DNA of 63,980 nt, the filler included, from Acidimicrobiia bacterium (GTDB taxonomy: Bacteria > Actinomycetota > Acidimicrobiia > Spongiisociales > SHLN01): NCBI GenBank assembly GCA_041619515.1. It is 5 parts of 5 records of this genome, joined end to end, with 100 filler letters (N's around TTAATTAATTAA, not from the genome) between each part and the next. Parts side by side here need not be neighbours in the genome. Positions count along the whole stretch, not along the records: positions 46,124 to 60,232 come from JBFKDW010000076.1; positions 60,333 to 63,980 come from JBFKDW010000133.1; 3 more parts are not named here. One strand, 5' to 3'. Positions 58,115-63,980 of this stretch are shown one piece after another. Under the pieces are notes generated by a model. That model saw only the letters and a program-made list of their open reading frames with translations. It did not search any database and was not told the DNA's origin. The first letter of the stretch is position 1; the number at the start of each line of letters is the position of its first letter. The translations under genes were made by a program, and so were the position numbers.

Positions 58115-58417
58115 ATCAGGGGGTCGCGGCACGCTTGGCGATCCCCGAAATCGTCAATCTCCATAAGGGTTTTCGGCACTCATCGGTTCGCAACGTTTCT
58201 GGCCGTTTCTCGTTCTCGTGCTGACGCAATGCTGATTCGGTCGAAGCCCGTTCACCGCCTCGCGTCGGCCGGCCCCGCCGGCGAAGCAGAGCCCGCACGA
58301 CTCCGGATCGATCAGCCGGGACCAGCCCTCCCCGACGGACACAAACCGGACTGGAACCGCACAATCGGCCCGTGAACTGTTCCGTCCTGTCATAACGTTG
58401 AGTACTATCCGGGTGGA

Positions 58418-58675
58418 ATGAGCACCACCGACCCCACCGAAGAACTCAGACGCCTCTACCCGCCCATCCTCACCACCGCCCACGTCGCCGACATGATGCA
58501 CTGCACCATCGGAGACGTCCGCGACAAGGTGCACCGCAAAGAGCTCCGCGCCATGCGGTGGGGTCAGCAGTTCCGGTTCTTCCGCGATGAGGTGATCGCC
58601 ACCATGACCCCCGTCACCAACACCGACCTCGAAGACGAGGAGCAACCGGAGGAGACGGGTGGGGATGAGACGTGA
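58418..58675 (+). CDS. Excisionase-like HTH_17 DNA-binding protein
   Basis: ILTTAHVADMM..V...ELRAMRWGQQFRF.RDEV. Confidence 0.8.
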   Translation: MSTTDPTEELRRLYPPILTTAHVADMMHCTIGDVRDKVHRKELRAMRWGQQFRFFRDEVIATMTPVTNTDLEDEEQPEETGGDET

Positions 58676-58893
58676 CCGGTGAGATTGACTATGACCGGTG
58701 GTACCCGGAGGTCCCGGCAGTCATGGACACCCGGCAGCTGGCGGAGTTGTTGAGTACCAATGAGCAGATCGTCCGGGCCTGGGTACGGGAAGGGATCATC
58801 CCAGCCCACCGCCGCCCCGGTGGCCGCAAGCTGTCCTTTCTGCGTCATGAGATCTTCGACTGGCTCATTAGCAACCGCTACGAGCCCGAGTAG
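58672..58893 (+). CDS. Excisionase-like HTH_17 DNA-binding protein
   Basis: VMDTRQLAELL...VRAWVREGIIPAHR..GRK..F.R.EI.DWL; GTGA overlap. Confidence 0.82.
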   Translation: MTGEIDYDRWYPEVPAVMDTRQLAELLSTNEQIVRAWVREGIIPAHRRPGGRKLSFLRHEIFDWLISNRYEPE

Positions 58894-58920
58894 ACGAGCC
58901 GGTGGGTCCTGGCTGCCCGA

Positions 58921-59424
58921 CTAGCCGCGTCGGAGGCGGGCCTCGAGTGGTGGGAGTGCCACGATGTCCTTTGGCCGTCCGGCGGCACGTTTGGATGCCA
59001 CAACATCCTCGAGCGACGCCACCGGCAGATCCACCGCGCCCACCACGATCGTGGATGCGTGTTCGCTGAGGCTGGGATACCCCTCGGGGAACCCGGCTGG
59101 GGTGAAGCACAGATCGAGCGGCCCGTGCTCGGTAATAAGCGTCATCATCGCCAGCTGCCCCAGCGTGTCCGGGTGTGGGTCAAACGGCACCCCGTCGGGA
59201 TCCCCCTCGACTCGGAGACGGGCCCCGAGTGCCTGCAAGGCATCGGCAAGCTTGGACAAGTTGGCGGCATCGGCTGAGGGGCATATGTCGATATCGATCG
59301 TGGTATGACCGGTGTCGTGGAGGCGGGCGGCCACGCCGCCGATGATGACAAACTGCACTCCATGGTCGAGCAAGACCCGGCAGATGGCGGCCACGTGCTC
59401 GTCTCTGAGCTCAGGCGGCATCAT
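58921..59424 (-). CDS. Pol-beta-like nucleotidyltransferase (putative TA component)
   Basis: FVIIGGVAA..H...T.DID, C-terminal SKRAAGRPKD. Confidence 0.8.
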   Translation of the reverse strand: MMPPELRDEHVAAICRVLLDHGVQFVIIGGVAARLHDTGHTTIDIDICPSADAANLSKLADALQALGARLRVEGDPDGVPFDPHPDTLGQLAMMTLITEHGPLDLCFTPAGFPEGYPSLSEHASTIVVGAVDLPVASLEDVVASKRAAGRPKDIVALPPLEARLRRG

Positions 59425-59728
59425 TCGCCAATCGGTAGCCCTGCGAACGCAGCCGCTGCCTGGTGGCCTCGTCAAGGGTCCGTTCCCACTCGGCGAGCAC
59501 CCGGTCGTGGGTGTCGAGCTCGGCGATCTCGAACCGCAGCTCGAGTCCGGCGTTGGCCAACATTCGCAACAAAGTGGGCACGGTCGGTTGGCGACGACCG
59601 GACTCATAGGCCGACAGGGTCGGCTGGGCGATCCCGAGCAGATCAGCGAACGCAGTTTGTGACAGTCCAAGCCGAAACCGTGCCGACTGAAGCAGGGACC
59701 CCGCAACGCGTTCTTCCATACGACTCAT
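59411..59728 (-). CDS. XRE-family HTH regulator (putative antitoxin)
   Basis: LSQTAFA..LGIAQPTLSAYESGRRQPT; TACGCT-N6-ATG; overlaps the NTase start. Confidence 0.88.
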   Translation of the reverse strand: MSRMEERVAGSLLQSARFRLGLSQTAFADLLGIAQPTLSAYESGRRQPTVPTLLRMLANAGLELRFEIAELDTHDRVLAEWERTLDEATRQRLRSQGYRLANDAA

Positions 59729-60232
59729 GTCAATAGCGTATCGTCTATGGACTGCCTGGACAAGACCCTTTTCCCCAGTCCACAAACCGAGCGCCGAAGT
59801 GCCGATCCCGGACACTGTCGGTCTTGGGTGATATCGCTCGTAATGAGTGATCGGGGCGGATCTGGTCGAGCCAATGACCGGCATGTCATGAAATCGGCGC
59901 TATCCGTCCCGTTGTCTGGAAAGGAAGCAGATGAGCCGCCTACAGATATCGCATCCAAAGTCGACCATGTTCGGGCGCGCTTGCGACCGCCCGACCCGGC
60001 GACCGTCAGCCAACGCGTCGCGAGATACTCGCGGGGCTCAGGCTTGGACCGTCGAGCCCTTTTCTCCTTCCAGGCTTTGCGACCCTCACTGACCGCGCCC
60101 CGAAACATGAGCGCCACGAAAAAGCTGAACCACCTCGAAGGCAGGGGGGTTGCTTGACGTGGCTTCGCTCCTCATGTGCCTCCCACTCGTCCCAAGCTCA
60201 TTGCGATCTCGCCCCTCGGTCATGGCCGTAGC

Positions 60233-60332
60233 NNNNNNNNNNNNNNNNNNNNNNNNNNNNNNNNNNNNNNNNNNNNTTAATTAATTAANNNNNNNNNNNN
60301 NNNNNNNNNNNNNNNNNNNNNNNNNNNNNNNN
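60233..60332. other. Artificial contig linker
   Basis: N44-TTAATTAATTAA-N44. Confidence 0.99.
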
Positions 60333-60342
60333 ACGGACGGCC

Positions 60343-61224
60343 ATGATCTCCGATCAACAGTTTGCCGACATCGTCGAAACCCGGGCCCGGCGCCCGGAAG
60401 TCCTTGCCGAAGCGGCCCGGGGGCGCAAGCGCCGCAGCGAGTTCGATGACGGTCGCGGCCTGTTTCTGATAACAGCCGACGACGGGGCGCGGGCCAATCT
60501 CCAGATCGGAGCCAATCCCGTGGCCCTCGGTGATCGCAAGCTCTTACTCGACCGCTTGTCGACGGCTCTCGAACACCCTTCGGTCGACGGGCTGGTGGCA
60601 ACCCCCGATATCGTCGACGAGCTTCTGCTGCTGGGCGCAGTCCATGACAAGCTGGTGATCGGGTCGATGAATCGCAGCGGCCTGGCCGGTTCGACCTGGG
60701 AGGTCGATGAGCGGTTCACCAGCTTCGACGCGGCCGCCATCGTCGACGGCAATCTCGACGGTGGGAAGATGACCCTGCGCCTCGATTGGAAGGATCCGGG
60801 CACCAATGATGCGATTGCGGCCTGCGCGGCAGCCGTGGGCGAGCTCAACCGACGCGGCATTCCTGCCCTCGTCGAGCCGCTGCCGGTATACCGGGACGGA
60901 GGGAGGTCGCGGGTGACCAATGATCCCGATCACCTGATCCGCGCGATGTCGGTGGCCGCCGGGCTGGGCGCGGTGTCGGCCCATACCTGGCTGAAAGTCC
61001 CGGTCGTCCAAAACATGGGCCAGGTGGTCGGGGCCACGTCGATGCCCACGCTGATCGTCGGCGGCGACCCCGGGGTGGACTCGGCCCAGATGGTTGAGCG
61101 CTGGCAGGCAGCCCTCGCCCTCCCGCAGGTTCGGGGGATCGTGGCCGGGCGCAGCATGCTGTTTCCGGCCGACGGCGACATGGATCGGGCTGTGTACGCC
61201 GTTGCCGCCTCCCTCGGGAGATAG
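60343..61224 (+). CDS. Cgl0159-like class I aldolase-fold protein (inositol-catabolism associated)
   Basis: GSMNRSGLAG..WE.D.RFT, DGGK, TWLKVP, GRS..FP. Confidence 0.8.
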   Translation: MISDQQFADIVETRARRPEVLAEAARGRKRRSEFDDGRGLFLITADDGARANLQIGANPVALGDRKLLLDRLSTALEHPSVDGLVATPDIVDELLLLGAVHDKLVIGSMNRSGLAGSTWEVDERFTSFDAAAIVDGNLDGGKMTLRLDWKDPGTNDAIAACAAAVGELNRRGIPALVEPLPVYRDGGRSRVTNDPDHLIRAMSVAAGLGAVSAHTWLKVPVVQNMGQVVGATSMPTLIVGGDPGVDSAQMVERWQAALALPQVRGIVAGRSMLFPADGDMDRAVYAVAASLGR

Positions 61225-61239
61225 CGGCGCCGACACGCC

Positions 61240-61614
61240 CTACGGAGCGGAGGTGCCTTCCCTGCCGAAGTCGTCTTCGAGCCGCACGACGTCGTCGAGC
61301 TCGGGAGTGGACACCTCGATGATCCTGGTATCGGTGACGGCCTCGAACCGGTGGCGCTTTCCGACCGGGACCCGCCGGAACTCACCCGCCCCCAGCCGGA
61401 GCGGCTCCAGCCGACCGTCCTCATCTTCCAGATGCAGCACCATCTCGCCCTCGATGACGAAGACAGATTCGTCCTTCTCATTGTGATACTGCAAGGACAG
61501 CCGTTGGCCGGCGTGGATGAAGATGACCTTGCCGACGTAGCGGTCGGTCACCGTCCACCACAGTTCCCAGCCCCACGGCTTGTCCACTCGCTGTGCCGGT
61601 TCGAGATGTTCCAT
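61240..61614 (-). CDS. Cupin (mannose-6-phosphate isomerase type II-like)
   Basis: VDKPWGWE, RLSLQYH..KDES, HRF, EVSTPELDDVVRLEDDFGR. Confidence 0.9.
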   Translation of the reverse strand: MEHLEPAQRVDKPWGWELWWTVTDRYVGKVIFIHAGQRLSLQYHNEKDESVFVIEGEMVLHLEDEDGRLEPLRLGAGEFRRVPVGKRHRFEAVTDTRIIEVSTPELDDVVRLEDDFGREGTSAP

Positions 61615-61734
61615 ACGTCCCATCATCATATGGTGAGTCTCCGGTCTCGTGAGGCCTGTTCGTCGGCGGGTCGCGTCCGGCACGGTCCCCGGGCAGGTGC
61701 GGCGGGGTTTGGTGTCATCCCGTAACCTGAGGGT

Positions 61735-62394
61735 ATGGATCAGACGCTTCACCGGGATTGGCCGGCCCCGGGGCCCGACGCCAAGCTCGTAATCGGATTG
61801 GCCGGCGGGACGGGAAGCGGGAAGACCACCGTTGCCGAAGCGATCGTCCACGCGCTGGACGGCGAACGGGTGGCCTTTCTGGAGCACGACGCCTACTACC
61901 GGGACCTGCGCCCGCTCCCATTCGAGGAGCGGGCCGCCCAGAACTTCGATCATCCCGATGCGTTCGAGACCGATCTCATGATCGACCATCTCCGCACGCT
62001 GCGGGCGGGTGAGGCGGTCGATAAGCCGATCTACGACTACGCGCTGCATCTTCGCACCGATCACACCGTCCCGGTCGAGCCGGCCTCGGTCATTGTCGTG
62101 GAGGGAATCCTGGTCCTGGCCGAGCCCGCCCTGCGTGATCTCATGGATCTGAAGATCTTCGTCGACACTGATGCCGATCTCCGCTTCGTGCGGCGGATCC
62201 AACGGGATATCAAGGAGCGGGGCCGGTCGCCCGAATCGGTGATCGAGCAGTACCTGGCCACCGTGCGGCCCATGCACATCCAGTTCGTGGAGCCCTCGAA
62301 GCGCCACGCCGACATGATCATCCCTGAGGGCTACAACCCGGGGGCAGTGGCGACGGTCATCTCGATGATCCGCGACTATCTGAGCCGGCACTGA
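61735..62394 (+). CDS. udk: Uridine kinase
   Basis: IGLAGGTGSGKTT, NFDHPDAF, VEGIL, RRIQRD..ERGR, VRPMH..FVEPSK. Confidence 0.96.
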   Translation: MDQTLHRDWPAPGPDAKLVIGLAGGTGSGKTTVAEAIVHALDGERVAFLEHDAYYRDLRPLPFEERAAQNFDHPDAFETDLMIDHLRTLRAGEAVDKPIYDYALHLRTDHTVPVEPASVIVVEGILVLAEPALRDLMDLKIFVDTDADLRFVRRIQRDIKERGRSPESVIEQYLATVRPMHIQFVEPSKRHADMIIPEGYNPGAVATVISMIRDYLSRH

Positions 62395-62743
62395 GCCGTT
62401 CGGCTAGGTATGCGGCCAGTGCCACTGCGTTGTTGTGCCGGCGGTCCTTGAGGGCGTACACCAGCGTGACCGGGCCCAGCTTCGCTTGACGCGCGATCGG
62501 TTCCCATCCGGCGGGGTCGGCGTCGAGCTCGGCGAAGTATTGCTGCTTGAATCGGCTCCACTCCGCCGGGTTGCGGCGAAACCATCTCATGAGCCGCCGG
62601 CTCGGGGCGGCCCGGCGCACCCACCCAACCAAACGCAGAGAGTCATGGCGCACGCCGGGCGGCCATCGCTCATCGATCAGGAATCTCGCTCCGTCATCGG
62701 ACTCATGCGGATCCCAGGCCCGCTTCGTTCTGATGTCGATCAT
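62357..62743 (-). CDS. DUF488 (YeaO-like) protein
   Basis: KRAWD...DG.R.LID..WP.GV, APS..L..WF, TLVYA.KD..HNNA. Confidence 0.9.
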   Translation of the reverse strand: MIDIRTKRAWDPHESDDGARFLIDERWPPGVRHDSLRLVGWVRRAAPSRRLMRWFRRNPAEWSRFKQQYFAELDADPAGWEPIARQAKLGPVTLVYALKDRRHNNAVALAAYLAERLSAGSDSRGSSR

Positions 62744-62977
62744 CGGGTCATCCAACACGACCGGGAGCCGCATCGTCAACCGCCGGCGCCCGCCCGCTCC
62801 GACCGGCAGCCGCCTCTTCTGGGAATATCTGGCTCGAAGGGGCGGGTCGCAGTGCACCGGCCCGCAACGGGGGCTAGGGTCGGGAGATCGAGCCATAGCC
62901 CTTTGCAGCCAGTTCTGGCAGCGTGCTATCTGCCAGACGGGTAGCAGACGCAAGGGGCCCGATCAGGGAGATAGTGC

Positions 62978-63184
62978 ATGGCGACATATCACTGTGACGT
63001 CTGCGACGTCGACGTGAAGGCAAACAAGCGAGCTGCGCATGACGCGTCGGCCGCCCATCTCGCAAAGGTCCAGGCTGCGGGGTCCGGCACCCTCGGCTTC
63101 TCGAGTGAAGGCACTGCGGGTTTCTCGAGTGAAGGCACGGCCGGCTTCTCCAGCGAGGGCACGGAGGGCTTCTCGAGCGACTGA
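62978..63184 (+). CDS. 68-aa C2H2 zinc-finger microprotein with four GTxGFSS(E/D) repeats
   Basis: AGGGAG RBS; CxxC-x11-H-x5-H; 24-bp repeats at 63086-63181 with synonymous divergence. Confidence 0.75.
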   Translation: MATYHCDVCDVDVKANKRAAHDASAAHLAKVQAAGSGTLGFSSEGTAGFSSEGTAGFSSEGTEGFSSD

Positions 63185-63255
63185 CGCATCGGGAGGCGAA
63201 ATCGCGGCCCGACCCGAGCTCTACGCTTCGTCGGACAACCGACTGGCGATGAGCG

Positions 63256-63980
63256 ATGGATGAGCGCGAACAGATCGAAGCGGCGATCGCCGCTCAGGAG
63301 GCGTTGCGCGGCGTACTGAGCGACGACATCGTCGACGCGACCGTGGCGGCCCTGCGGGGACGAATGGACGCCCTGCTGGGGGCCGGAGTCGTCGAGAAGC
63401 GGCGCAAGCAGGTCACGGTCCTCTTCGCCGACGTGTCCGGCTTCACCCGGGCCGCCGAGAACATGGATGCCGAGGATCTGGCCGACACGGTCAATGCCCT
63501 CTGGCACCGGCTGGACGCCGCCATCGTCGAGTACAACGGCCGGGTCGACAAGCACATCGGTGATGCCGTGATGGGCTTGTGGGGAACCGACGAGGCACGC
63601 GAGGACGACCCCGAGCAGGCGATTCGGGCGGCCCTCGCCATGCAGGCCTCAATCGAAGAGCTGGCCTCCGCAGCCGCAGCTTCCCAGCTCCGCCTCCGGA
63701 TCGGCATCAACACGGGCCCGGTGGTTCTCGGCGAGGTGGGTACCACCGGTGAGTACACGGCGATGGGCAACACCGTCAACGTGGCGTCCCGGCTCGAAAA
63801 CGCCGCACCGGTTGGTGGAATCCTCATCAACCACGACACCTATCGCCACGTCCGGGGGGTCTTCTCCGTCGAGATGCAGCCACCGCTCGAGGTCAAGGGC
63901 ATGTCCGAGCCGCTCCGCACCTACATTGTGAAGGCCGTTCGGCCGCGAGCATTTCGGCTGGAGACGCGGGGTATCGAGGG
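63256..63980 (+). CDS. Class III adenylate/guanylate cyclase (3'-truncated)
   Basis: Manual translation: VTVLFADVSGFT, DKHIGDAVM, RIGINTG, GNTVNVASRLE, VKG. Confidence 0.93.
   Translation, partial: MDEREQIEAAIAAQEALRGVLSDDIVDATVAALRGRMDALLGAGVVEKRRKQVTVLFADVSGFTRAAENMDAEDLADTVNALWHRLDAAIVEYNGRVDKHIGDAVMGLWGTDEAREDDPEQAIRAALAMQASIEELASAAAASQLRLRIGINTGPVVLGEVGTTGEYTAMGNTVNVASRLENAAPVGGILINHDTYRHVRGVFSVEMQPPLEVKGMSEPLRTYIVKAVRPRAFRLETRGIE

Larger units (their letters stand above)
58114..60232. mobile_element. End of a putative tRNA-integrated element (continues past the contig end)
   Basis: att fragment, TGCTGAY repeats at 58219 and 58230, two excisionase-like genes, HTH-nucleotidyltransferase pair, degenerate DNA. 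Confidence 0.6.

Noticed and set aside
58388..58408. TGTCAT-N9-TACTAT as a fourth PafBC-type promoter
   Set aside because: Spacer is 9 rather than 10 nt and the hexamer differs; not counted
59747..60232. ORFs 59725-60117 and 59747-60157 as genes
   Set aside because: No motifs and atypical composition; probably degenerate island DNA
16062..60332. Four identical TTAATTAATTAA motifs flanked by N runs
   Set aside because: Artificial contig-joining linkers; not biological repeats, and synteny across them is not evidence
61240..62391. 383-aa ORF suggesting a long cupin fusion
   Set aside because: The upstream part is the antisense shadow of udk; the cupin starts at about 61614-61629
63086..63181. 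24-bp repeats as a mini-CRISPR
   Set aside because: Contiguous units without spacers, varying at codon third positions, so protein-coding

Overview
High-GC bacterial DNA, probably Actinomycetota and most likely Acidimicrobiia. This is inferred from the Gly-Cys-Val tRNA cluster, CGAAC-N4-GTTCG SOS boxes, RecA-NDp-like promoters, RNase Y plus RNase J, and many leaderless genes. The window is five assembly fragments joined by artificial 100-nt linkers (N44-TTAATTAATTAA-N44), so adjacency across linkers is not evidence. Fragment 1 (1-16061): kbp/LysM, M16 peptidase-dapB, thiolase, cnoX-like, dapA-rnj-ftsK and a 2-oxoacid dehydrogenase E1a/E1b/E2. Fragment 2 (16162-31334): phnECD, intein-containing recA, rny-miaB-miaA-dapF, lexA/LysM/nrdR, dut, three tRNAs and the end of a phage-tail-tube gene. 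Fragment 3 (31435-46023): DUF885, a his operon with HisHF and HisA-IE fusions and a His-leader attenuator, plus lipid-metabolism genes. Fragment 4 (46124-60232): a DivIVA-like gene, a group 3b [NiFe]-hydrogenase operon with HypC/EamA/DUF6390 and an adjacent SCO4226-type protein, a collagen-like protein, and a tRNA-Ile att site bounding an integrative element. Fragment 5 (60333-63980): aldolase-like, cupin, udk, DUF488, a zinc-finger/repeat microprotein and an adenylate cyclase. Best leads: the his attenuator, a 46-aa Cys-motif microprotein that shares recA's PafBC-type promoter, the zinc-finger/(GTxGFSSE)4 microprotein, two CTG-initiated genes, and the hydrogenase accessory module. All family names come from motif recognition by eye; no database searches were run.
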